Assembly (NCBI GenBank): GCA_035352955.1
Contig: DAOPYQ010000003.1
Location: 140,901 to 204,900 of the forward strand
Direction of reading: 5' to 3'
DNA from: Candidatus Omnitrophota bacterium
GTDB lineage: Bacteria > Omnitrophota > Omnitrophia > Omnitrophales > Aquincolibacteriaceae
DNA length: 64,000 bases
Shown one piece after another: positions 56,201-64,000 of the stretch (position 1 is the first letter of the stretch; each line of letters begins with the position of its first letter). Made by a program: the position numbers and the translations under genes. Below the pieces are notes generated by a model that did not search any database, was not told the DNA's origin, and worked only from the letters and a program-made list of their open reading frames with translations.

Positions 56201-59200
56201 GAAAGCGAAATATCCGGAGCTTCTGTCATAATGCTATCGAGGATAGGATTCTGGCGCCGCTGCTCAGCTATCAACTGACGTTCTTCCCCGGCAAGTTTCG
56301 CGGCACGGACACGTTCGCGCACTTTGCTTGTGATCCACCCGGCAATACCACCCACCACAGCTGACGCGACGGCAAAACCCGCGATCATAAGAATCTGATG
56401 TTCGCTCCAGGCCGTCTGCAATGAGCTGGCGACACCCGCCGCACCGTTTTGTCCCGCCATAAGAGCCAGAGGAAAAGGATTCATCAGTGGATGAGTGCTA
56501 CTACTTCTCCCATCTTCTCCGGGTCTAAACTGACCCTCATCATCCGAACTGGTGGTTTCATTAATTGCCGATTCACGCTCCCGGGCGATCTTTTTTTCTT
56601 CGACATATTCTGCATACCTTGCCGGCTTTAAAAGACGCCAAAAAACCGGGATCATAAAATTCGCAGCTGCCGCAAAGGCCACGGCGGCAGCGACACCCAT
56701 CGCAAATGCAAGCAGGATCGTCTCGGCGCGTAAGAAAGCCGGAACGGTTACCATCAAGTAGACGCCAAGAACAACCCCTGTCGCAAAGCCAACAAACCCG
56801 CTAATCACCGAGCCCATCACGATAGTATCCTCGGGTGTTCGTTGTTTCGCCTGGATACCGGACGAGTCTTGATCCTGCATCGCGGAGCGACGTTCGGAAC
56901 GAGGTGAGATATAGCTGGAGTTCAAGAGTGTTCTGATTTGGTCGGGTGTAAATTCGTTCTGAAAATCGGTGAACGTTTTAACACCCGGTGCGGCGTAGGT
57001 GGCCGAAAAACTATCGAGCCAGGGCTGATAATTGACCTGAAAACCAAGCACAGATAGATACCTCTGCGTGTAAAATGCCATGGACGCCTGGCTCAACTGA
57101 GCCTTGGCAAAACCTGTCAATAAGCCCTGGGATTCCAGACCGCTCAGAGCCACGCCGTTAAATTCGCTTGTAAAGGCAGAGTAAGGCCGCCATCCGTAGT
57201 TGGGCTCGATGTAATAGGGCGCAACACCGCTCACCCACCCCAGCGACGCCTCCACATACCCGCGGGCAAAGAGGTATTCGTGAATAAAATTGGACATCGC
57301 GGGGAAATCCCTCTGAGCCAGGTCAAACCGCGTCGCCTCATCGATCGGCAGAACCTCGCGGGTGCTCAGATTGACCTTTTTGAACATGGAAAGCGAGGTC
57401 CTGATGATGGCATATCCCGGCATCAACGTCAGGTCCACGGGATTGAGTGACGCTTCGGCAAACCGTGAATCCACGATCCAAGTGGCCGCGCCGGTGACAA
57501 GATCGACAATGCGTATTTGCGGATCCAATCCGGTTCCCGCCCGGACCTGATCAAAGATCAGCGTCTTCCCGTCTGGAGTAATGTAATAATTGAAAATGTA
57601 ACCCAAGGGAACGGAGGGTCCGCGGGTCCACGACATCAGATAGATCTCCTGACCGGTCAGGAGATTCTTGATATAGTGATCGGTCCCATTGTACCGGTCA
57701 CGACTCTGAACGGCAAAATTCGGATCGACCTCAAGCCTCTCCCACCAATTCGGCAACGCCGGAGGGACAAACACCACACGCGCGAACTCCTGTTTACCTG
57801 AAGCGGCCGTTGAAAAATGCAAAGTCTGAGCGTTGGTGGCCGGCTGGATCTCCCCCGCGATCCAATTTGTCGCGGGAAGCGTGGGAGAAGTCATGACCTG
57901 GTAATTCCCGTGCAAAGACACCTCTGCCGTTATTTGGCCCGGGCCTTTGATCCCGGTAACAATATCTCCAAACGCCGAAGCCCCCATGAGTCCCGCCGCA
58001 AGGGCCAGCGGAAGCGCATAATAGTCCCCGACCCCCGGTCCCGAATAACCGCTATCCGAAGGTCCGTCATCATCGTCCGACGCGGCAATCTGCGCCTCTC
58101 GCTCTGCCCTTTCTCTCTTTCGCTCAGCTTCCAAAACTTCCTGATTTGCTTTATAACTTTTCGGGTCGAACAATCTCCAAAACCCGTCGCAGATTAGCGC
58201 CCCCGCGATCGCGCCCATAAACGCCAAAAAAAGACTCCCAAAGATTGCCGCCAGAAAAAAATCCTTTATCCCACCCGCCATGACCACGAAAGGCAACATA
58301 TGCGGTTGATGAAAAAGCAACGGTACGGCAGAAACGACCCCGAATAACGGACCGCCGAATAAAAAGACTTCATACCAAAGACCGAGCCGGCCGCGTAAAT
58401 GCACCTGTCTTTCAGCAACCGTCATCGGCTTCCGCAGCTCCGCACGATCACTCCCGGCACTCTTTTTGAGAGAACGGCTAAGCTTGTTCAGTTCAAAATC
58501 CACCTGCTCGCGGCTCCTCCTATGCGAAAAGATCGCGGCCAGCTTCCCTTCAAAATCTTTCATATCCTGTTGACGGGCCCCGGAACCAAGCGCCTTAAAA
58601 CCGGCCGAACGGATATAATCCCGCCATACTTCGTAGGCGTGGTCCGAATTCACCTTTGCGTATTTGGGAAGGGCTACAAGAAAACCTTCAAGAAGCGCAC
58701 GCTCATCTTCGGAAAGGTCCGCCCAGGCACGCGAATTCAGCAGCGTCGTAAGGGCGTCCACATGAGGATCAAGTCTGGCAATATTTTTCTCCGTTGCCCA
58801 GAATGCTTTCCATACGGCCAGTAAGGCGGCCTGTTCTACATTCCCCCGGGCATTACGGTATCCCGCGGTTTCCTTGAAACGGAGGAACCGTTCGGCATCA
58901 CTCTCATCCATGAATTGGGAGAAAGGAACGCCCACCAATTTTTCCGCCGGCAAACCCACCTTGTAATTGGCCGCATCACCGCTTCCGGCACGCAAGCGCG
59001 CGTCTCTTTCGTCGAATGTCCGGCGACGATTTCTCTGGGCTTCCGTCAGCCTGCGTTCGGCGCGATCAACCGCACTATCGCGCAGCTCCGCCCTGATCTT
59101 CTGGGTAACTTTTTTAGAAGAAGGCTTCACCTGGAAACGGTTATCCTGATACTCCGCCATCTGCCGGAGCGGCGTGACATGGCCGGCGCGTTTAAAATCA

Positions 59201-62200
59201 TGAATCAGATCGCCCTGACCCGCCACATAGGCTTCGTACGGGTTGTAATAAGTTTCGCGATAGAGGATCCCCTCATCCAGCAACCGGTCATTTTTCGCCA
59301 TCAATGCGATCGAACGCACCCCGGGAATCGTGGTCGCGTTCCCGGACGCCGTGTTCGGCGCGATCACGTCCCCCGCCTGCCCGGACCGTTGCGCCAGCAC
59401 CTGGATGACCATCGGAAGTTCAGGAAGCCCATCGGCATTGTCAAGCATCCGGTCCATCAGTTCTTCCGCGTTCGCGATCTGATACAGCTTGTTATAGGGA
59501 TCATCCTGCAATCCCGTTTCCGCCTTCACCCGCTGTTTGAGCTTCCGGCGAAGCCGCTGGGCATCCTCGGATTTCAACTGATCGCCTTCCACCAATGCGG
59601 AAAAAGGCTCCGGAATTTCTTCACTCCCGTACTCGAGCCCGCCCTTCTCCCCCGTAAAATTCTGGAGGACGACGTGAGCGGAATTCGCTTTCATGGTCTT
59701 CCGGAAATATTTGTACGCCGCGTGAGGCCGGGAGCCCGCCGCAGATACCGGATCCAGGAGCGTCAGGTCATTGACCCGGTGGATCGCGAAAGAACGGCCG
59801 CCTTTTTTCAGAAGATACCGGAACGCCGGGACCGCCATGATCCGGAAATCTCTTTCGGCGTCATCCCACCTGTACGACATGTACGGCAAAGATGCGTAGA
59901 TCAGATTGAACCCGTGGTTGTAGCTTTTGTCGTTACGCATGTAACTGAAGACGAAACGCTTCTCGGCATCGCGCCATTCAAACCCGCTCGGCTCGTCGTC
60001 ATTCATCACAAAAACAATATTTTCTTTGTCTAGTCCGAAAAACTGGTTCTCTTTAAAATCCCTGGCCACATCGTCCTTGATGTTCGGATTCACGCTGATG
60101 AAAACCTTTTTGCTCGCAAGGGCGTTTCGAACCAAGGCCTCTGTCACGGTCTGATCCACCCCCTCATGCCGCGCGTACTCGACGGCCTGCCTGCGGATCC
60201 CCTCGACCAACGCCAGCATATGCCGTACCCCGAGCCCAAGATGCCGGGCATTCTCCGGAACCGGCCGTTCCGCTTCCGCGATATAGATCCCGAGTTCTTC
60301 GACCTCTTCGGTCAGCCGGTCGTATTCATCCCCGGAAAGTTCAGGGTCCGAATCTTTCGCGCGATTGAATTTCTTGCGCTCTTCCTTAACGCGCTTGAGT
60401 TCCGCCTGAAGGCGGGCCAATTCTTCTTCCTCTTTGGCGTCGTCGATCTTGTTCTCGAGATCCTCCTGCGCCATCTTGAGATCGAGGTAACGGGATATCT
60501 CAGCGCCAAGATCCGTCTCGAGAATCCGGAGACGGGTTTTCTGTTTTCTCTTTTCAGCCTCGAGAGCCGTCTTATGCTCCTTAAGAAGGCGTATCACTTC
60601 CCAAACGTCAAGGTTCCACATCCTGAATTTCCTGACCGTGACGGGATCCTTTTCGTTCTCCTTCGAAATAATGCCGATCTTGACAAAGCTCTTAAAGAGA
60701 CGGTCCGCCTTCCCGGCGGCATAGATGAATTCGGCCTTGATCCCCGAAACCGCATCCTTGGCCGCATGCCAGTAATATTCCTCAGGGACATCCTCCATCC
60801 ATTCGACATGCCCCGGCTTGATCAACCCTTTCTTGCTCTCGAACTCGCGAGCGTTCATTTTCCCGGCTGGAATTGAGGGATCATAAAATTTTTTCAGGAC
60901 CTCATGCATGTTCAGGCGGATCGGTGCCGTCTTCCGGGCGGACACTTCAAAAATCTTGTATTCGATCTCGTCCGACCACCGGACGTCATTGCTGCGAATC
61001 ACCCATTCGCGGGCCGCATACTGGATCGCCGCTCCGGCGAGGAGGGCCGCTTTCTCGTAGGGCTTCATCGTCTCAAAGCCGGGGTGCAAAACCACGATGG
61101 CATTGCGATAAACGTTCACGACCGAATCCGCGCTCTCACCCACGCGGTACACATGGTCCAGCACTTCGACATTCAACCGTTTGAAAGCTTCGTACACGTT
61201 CACGGGAACGGAAGTCCCGGGAATGACCACGTTCAAGCCCTCCAAAAAAGGCGCAACTTCGGCCGCAAGCTTTTGCTGGGCTTCTTTCTTCTTCCCGGCG
61301 TCGCCCGGTTCGCTGTTCTCAAAAATGATGTCCAAGTTCTGGATCATATCAAGCGCCGCCGCGGCGTTCGCCTGAAGCTGCACACGATTAACCTCTTGAT
61401 ACGCGGAAAAAAGAATATCCAGCAGGATCCGCCGTTTTTTCAAATGCTCCGTCTCATAATATTCCTTGTAAAGAGCCACCACAGCCGCCGGATCGTTGCG
61501 TTTCTCCAGAAGGTCCTGGACTTCGTACCCGAGCACTTGGCCCAGGAACCAGCGGGCCGCCGACCGCGCATCCGCATAACCCGAATAAAGCAGAACACGC
61601 GCGTCCTCAGCCATGATCGTTTTCACGGGATCCGCGACGGACTGATAGCTTTTCCAAACATCCCCCGCCCGGTCATCCTTCCCGAAAAACCGCTCCATTT
61701 TGTGATTACGATGGTGGGACGGATCTTTCGGAAAATATTCGATCTTCCCACGTCGTTCCGCGCGGGAGCTGACAGTCGCCAAAGCCTTCGAAGAGATCGG
61801 CACGGTCTGGAAAACGGGAATGCCAAAATCAGGACTAAGATCGAGAGACGTTGAAAAACCGTTGCGGGAAGAAACAGGCTCGACGCTGATCCTTTCCAGA
61901 ATCGACCGGCGGACACCGCCGAACCACGCCTGGGCCTGATCGATCCCCGTCACGGCGACACGCTGGGCGCGGTCAACGACCCCGAGCAGCGCATTCATCT
62001 GAGAGGTTTCGAAATCGCGCGAGCCTAAAATGGAATGGAGATAGACCTCATGGTCGCGTTTGGAGACTTCACTGATACGCGGAGTGATCTGGAGATAGGA
62101 ACAATTCCTCGCCCGCGCGAGAGCCTTAAGACCCTCGGCGTGGAACCCGCCGGTCACGATCACGGCGCGCTGCTGCTTCGTCTCGCCCATTTTGATAAGG

Positions 62201-63696
62201 GCATTACAGAACATTTTCTGTTCGCGAATGACCGCTGTTTCATAAAAACTCATCGCCGAACGATAAAGGGAAGCAACTTCTCCGGATAACGGATAACGGA
62301 TAACGGATGACGTTGCCACCCCGTTGTTCGTCACCCGACCTCCAGCCTCCGGCATCCGGTTATGAAGCTCTTCATATTCCGCGCGTGTCAGTTCTAAGGA
62401 AAACAGCCGCTTCAACAGATAAAGCTGCCGGGCCGCGGCGAGACATTCCTTGTCGGCCGGCGTTTTTGCCAAAGCGTTTTCGATCCCGTCTTTCAGGCGC
62501 ACGATCTCCTCCTGGAGGCCCTGGCCTTCTATCTCCTGCATCAGAATGACATGCTGGGAATAAAGGGCCCAGTTTGGCCAACGATCCATGGAGAAATCCT
62601 TCGGGAGTTTCTCGAAGGCATTGTCGAACGCCCGGCGCAACGGCGAATAGTCACCGCCGGACATGGGAAGACGGAAGGTGGATGAAGCTTTGGTTTTTAC
62701 GCCCTCCTCCATCCTCCATCCGCTGCCCTGCCTGAAGAGGTCCAGAATCTCCTTCGAAATATTCCGCTTCTCAAGCTCTTTAAGAAAATCCTCCGATTCT
62801 TTCATCGCCTTTTCACGGTCGATCCCGGAACCAATGGCCTGGAGACGGTAATAGCGAACGAGCGAAGGATATTCGCTCTGATAGAATGCATCCGAGAGGT
62901 CCTGCTTCAGGTGCTTCTTCCCCGCTTCTCCGAGAACTTTAAGCCATGCCTCGAAAGACAAGGCTCCGGAGCCGAAAGCCTCCTCCTGGCGGACGATCTT
63001 CAAAAGATCTTTATTCAGTTCCCCAGCGAACTTTTTGTCGACCTCGGCGCGGAGCTGCCTCAGAAAGGCCTGCGCGTTCTTGTCGGATTTCACGACCGAA
63101 ATGAATGCGTCGCGGTCCTTTTTATAAGCATCGAGATCTTCAATGCCGTACGCCTTGAAATCGGCGGATGGAGCCTTCGTCATTCGCTTTGCGTTATCCG
63201 TCTTCCGATAGGCTTCATCCTGGTTAATGAGAAAATTCTCAGGCCCCGAAAGATAGCCTTCGGCGACCAACTTGTCCGTGACCTTGTGGTTAAAATCGGG
63301 CTGCTCCGGAAAAATACGGAACATTTCGGGGTGCAGCTTCCCGGACGCGCCTTCGAGAAGCATCAATTTGACGGAAGAGTTCTTTTCGATGTACCCGAGG
63401 AGTTTTTCGATATTCTTTTCCGCCTGATAATTCCCGTGCGCGGACTGGATGTGAATGAATGCGGGGGCCGAAGGATCCCCTTTGAATAAACCGCTCACCC
63501 GGCCCAATTCCGCAGGGATCTGGAGGGTTCCCGCGACAGACGCCGACACTTCGGCCGCAGAGACACCCGTCGATGCGAAGCCGTTAGGATTCCAGACGAT
63601 GGAGGTAACCGTAAAGGTGATGACCGTAATGAGGGCGATCAACGACTTATTTCTCTTCAAGACCGGATCGGGGTGGAAAGAGGTTTCTCTCGTCAT
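53209..63696 (-). CDS. giant (about 3,495 aa) signal-anchored multi-domain protein: TraB/TIKI-like N-domain, coiled coil, two internal TM modules, beta-rich region, HEAT/PBS-lyase repeats, conserved C-terminal domain
   Basis: A 10.5 kb uninterrupted ORF, paralogous at both ends to giant gene 1. Probable start is MTRETS at 63696, with AAGGA 13 nt and AAGG 4 nt upstream of the ATG. The ORF track start at 63759 reads through an upstream palindrome. Motif coordinates: FIHIQSAHGNYQ (about 63420); VIVTGGFHAEG (about 62160); HEAT repeats (about 54600-55800); TM modules (about 58150-58450 and 56300-56900). Confidence 0.85.
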   Translation of the reverse strand: MTRETSFHPDPVLKRNKSLIALITVITFTVTSIVWNPNGFASTGVSAAEVSASVAGTLQIPAELGRVSGLFKGDPSAPAFIHIQSAHGNYQAEKNIEKLLGYIEKNSSVKLMLLEGASGKLHPEMFRIFPEQPDFNHKVTDKLVAEGYLSGPENFLINQDEAYRKTDNAKRMTKAPSADFKAYGIEDLDAYKKDRDAFISVVKSDKNAQAFLRQLRAEVDKKFAGELNKDLLKIVRQEEAFGSGALSFEAWLKVLGEAGKKHLKQDLSDAFYQSEYPSLVRYYRLQAIGSGIDREKAMKESEDFLKELEKRNISKEILDLFRQGSGWRMEEGVKTKASSTFRLPMSGGDYSPLRRAFDNAFEKLPKDFSMDRWPNWALYSQHVILMQEIEGQGLQEEIVRLKDGIENALAKTPADKECLAAARQLYLLKRLFSLELTRAEYEELHNRMPEAGGRVTNNGVATSSVIRYPLSGEVASLYRSAMSFYETAVIREQKMFCNALIKMGETKQQRAVIVTGGFHAEGLKALARARNCSYLQITPRISEVSKRDHEVYLHSILGSRDFETSQMNALLGVVDRAQRVAVTGIDQAQAWFGGVRRSILERISVEPVSSRNGFSTSLDLSPDFGIPVFQTVPISSKALATVSSRAERRGKIEYFPKDPSHHRNHKMERFFGKDDRAGDVWKSYQSVADPVKTIMAEDARVLLYSGYADARSAARWFLGQVLGYEVQDLLEKRNDPAAVVALYKEYYETEHLKKRRILLDILFSAYQEVNRVQLQANAAAALDMIQNLDIIFENSEPGDAGKKKEAQQKLAAEVAPFLEGLNVVIPGTSVPVNVYEAFKRLNVEVLDHVYRVGESADSVVNVYRNAIVVLHPGFETMKPYEKAALLAGAAIQYAAREWVIRSNDVRWSDEIEYKIFEVSARKTAPIRLNMHEVLKKFYDPSIPAGKMNAREFESKKGLIKPGHVEWMEDVPEEYYWHAAKDAVSGIKAEFIYAAGKADRLFKSFVKIGIISKENEKDPVTVRKFRMWNLDVWEVIRLLKEHKTALEAEKRKQKTRLRILETDLGAEISRYLDLKMAQEDLENKIDDAKEEEELARLQAELKRVKEERKKFNRAKDSDPELSGDEYDRLTEEVEELGIYIAEAERPVPENARHLGLGVRHMLALVEGIRRQAVEYARHEGVDQTVTEALVRNALASKKVFISVNPNIKDDVARDFKENQFFGLDKENIVFVMNDDEPSGFEWRDAEKRFVFSYMRNDKSYNHGFNLIYASLPYMSYRWDDAERDFRIMAVPAFRYLLKKGGRSFAIHRVNDLTLLDPVSAAGSRPHAAYKYFRKTMKANSAHVVLQNFTGEKGGLEYGSEEIPEPFSALVEGDQLKSEDAQRLRRKLKQRVKAETGLQDDPYNKLYQIANAEELMDRMLDNADGLPELPMVIQVLAQRSGQAGDVIAPNTASGNATTIPGVRSIALMAKNDRLLDEGILYRETYYNPYEAYVAGQGDLIHDFKRAGHVTPLRQMAEYQDNRFQVKPSSKKVTQKIRAELRDSAVDRAERRLTEAQRNRRRTFDERDARLRAGSGDAANYKVGLPAEKLVGVPFSQFMDESDAERFLRFKETAGYRNARGNVEQAALLAVWKAFWATEKNIARLDPHVDALTTLLNSRAWADLSEDERALLEGFLVALPKYAKVNSDHAYEVWRDYIRSAGFKALGSGARQQDMKDFEGKLAAIFSHRRSREQVDFELNKLSRSLKKSAGSDRAELRKPMTVAERQVHLRGRLGLWYEVFLFGGPLFGVVSAVPLLFHQPHMLPFVVMAGGIKDFFLAAIFGSLFLAFMGAIAGALICDGFWRLFDPKSYKANQEVLEAERKRERAEREAQIAASDDDDGPSDSGYSGPGVGDYYALPLALAAGLMGASAFGDIVTGIKGPGQITAEVSLHGNYQVMTSPTLPATNWIAGEIQPATNAQTLHFSTAASGKQEFARVVFVPPALPNWWERLEVDPNFAVQSRDRYNGTDHYIKNLLTGQEIYLMSWTRGPSVPLGYIFNYYITPDGKTLIFDQVRAGTGLDPQIRIVDLVTGAATWIVDSRFAEASLNPVDLTLMPGYAIIRTSLSMFKKVNLSTREVLPIDEATRFDLAQRDFPAMSNFIHEYLFARGYVEASLGWVSGVAPYYIEPNYGWRPYSAFTSEFNGVALSGLESQGLLTGFAKAQLSQASMAFYTQRYLSVLGFQVNYQPWLDSFSATYAAPGVKTFTDFQNEFTPDQIRTLLNSSYISPRSERRSAMQDQDSSGIQAKQRTPEDTIVMGSVISGFVGFATGVVLGVYLMVTVPAFLRAETILLAFAMGVAAAVAFAAAANFMIPVFWRLLKPARYAEYVEEKKIARERESAINETTSSDDEGQFRPGEDGRSSSTHPLMNPFPLALMAGQNGAAGVASSLQTAWSEHQILMIAGFAVASAVVGGIAGWITSKVRERVRAAKLAGEERQLIAEQRRQNPILDSIMTEAPDISLSEALALVDKAQDMSKREGGFEVSRTFRVWTIDRPGSRALMARFAQPVRRQGYKVMDEIQQYADAERERASEANLNGADGDESSRAELRGRYIDQDDNRLPDDVRDREAREAYEALVDSLEPQVWDRIFVKNGIKRRVSAAQDLAQFVAMEDTYAIMRLTKALKDPSSEVRIAVVKALGTKASLALVGILGDTDSLVRIQAAGELLRLRDPRLTEMQRYFEWINDSKGNYNVLNGAEINTLRSCLIRGEQVQVSYVEVPQVYPTYESVGDGRGGGPFDGALISAGKAGELTVTLEGSRPMPQESAAEAPKDAGSRAPLRPARAQEDQLRRAMNDVEPKFYDGWFNHYGEDRRTAAAKKLGEIGDPRAVDVLARASTDRRVSIRYEALKALGAINDPKVIPVLVLAALNDNDRLAREIAVGILWSKKEFSGLFSALGNENDRGRKAAAAALAMTKDPSMGSADPSVGSALHSALDSEKAGDVWLAIAEALWEIGDTEIVGRLIPWLTDASLERRRKAATMFSRHAATQALPALLVALKDRSISDLVVTALEKYHTAASVAAVKAYRSMVASEEAERAAREAVASSGSDDDAAQVNEDMGADIQGPFGRMELRSVPEQQFQKALNDPSSFSSLQTLSEVLRVELQVKKEELMRIPPRRSGIVVSGGPGDRGRVYGTGEYETVLAHSLASKNDAYVKLAREIASMEKTREAILTLLKRNKTQRTENKLRAELWMDNEKLVIPQIAMPDLSSLSTKIRVAWGVAGSVVSPTLYASPDYRFRILPELFAGTVHYREVLPVPEALRKTRPETVRLIDRSWASSVERVVIDQRTKIPDVRDILPEVPLFRHDPKVTGYLVFVGVRDTDVLNFKLALAAAGATDVLDKNLKVVHFRNAADLLGWFNRVRDQKVVPMAFVTDGNVPELSEVSRIRAGKKSGVLRVKAGAGALGQTACVVGSAVKLLDDNFIELHKLDFASMDELGVTALLTEFTASLAGARRTAASA

Positions 63697-63718
63697 AGCC
63701 TTGGATTCCTTTTTTAAT

Positions 63719-63735
63719 TTAGATTTTAAATCTAA
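63719..63735. promoter_or_regulatory. perfect palindrome TTAGATTT-T-AAATCTAA 23-41 nt upstream of giant gene 2 start
   Basis: Two 8-bp perfect inverted arms with a 1-nt spacer, in the AT-rich leader. Candidate operator or promoter element. Confidence 0.3.
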
Positions 63736-64000
63736 CAAGAATCTGAAAAAGGTTAACACGCACTGATGGTTTTGAACAGAGGTTGACGCAAAAAAATCTT
63801 TATAAATCGTTTAGTGGTAAAGAGAAACCGCTTCCCTTGAACTTCCCGGTTTTTAAAATGAAGAAATGGGACATGAAAACCCGATTTATAGCATCTTCTA
63901 ACAATTAAAAATTCACGACGCTACAATGAAGTCCGTTATGCCGACTTGCACTTGCCCCTGTCGGGCAAGTACTAACGACATACGGACCAATGAAGTCCGT

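Noticed and set aside
62284-62305. GGATAAC GGATAAC GGATGAC inside giant gene 2 as a regulatory repeat
   Set aside because: It lies in the coding sequence (encoding SSVIRYPLS) and may be coincidental or a slipped-strand remnant. It is only listed as a family member, not as a functional site.
1-64000. CRISPR arrays, tRNA and rRNA genes, transposase or integrase genes
   Set aside because: All intergenic regions were scanned by eye. No direct-repeat/spacer array, no cloverleaf-compatible 70-90 nt segments, and no IS-type ORFs were found.

Overview
This is a 64 kb, GC-rich (~55-58%) bacterial chromosomal segment with a very strong strand bias: about 33 of 35 genes lie on the minus strand. The housekeeping complement points to a strict anaerobe: single-chain pyruvate:ferredoxin oxidoreductase next to an ADP-forming acetyl-CoA synthetase, class III (anaerobic) ribonucleotide reductase NrdD/NrdG, plus orn, miaB, miaA-hflX, argS, rsfS, ogt, nadE, a transaldolase-PGI fusion, a LysM-amidase lipoprotein and an NSS-family transporter. 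Two giant paralogous ORFs dominate the window: 5,120 codons at 21249-36611 and about 3,495 codons at 53209-63696. Both are signal-anchored and carry further internal TM modules. They share an N-terminal TraB/TIKI-like domain and a C-terminal domain, but their middles differ. Protein 1 carries transglutaminase-like, HD, PRTase-like and degenerate Nudix-like segments; protein 2 carries HEAT/PBS repeats and duplicated TM modules. Other unusual features: (i) nrdD ends after its Zn-ribbon, and the glycyl-radical motif sits in a separate 58-codon ORF with a strong SD immediately after the nrdD stop; (ii) a family of rRNA-IVS-like palindromic elements built from GTATCA/GTGTCA units, one copy carrying a four-helix-bundle protein gene as cargo, which remodel the termini of miaA, ogt and the four-helix-bundle gene itself; (iii) GGATGAC-type heptamer tandem repeats at several loci; (iv) a KaiC-like pseudo-ATPase fused to a PEP/pyruvate-binding domain. 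No rRNA, tRNA or CRISPR array was found. Nearly all long plus-strand ORFs in the track are antisense shadows of minus-strand genes.
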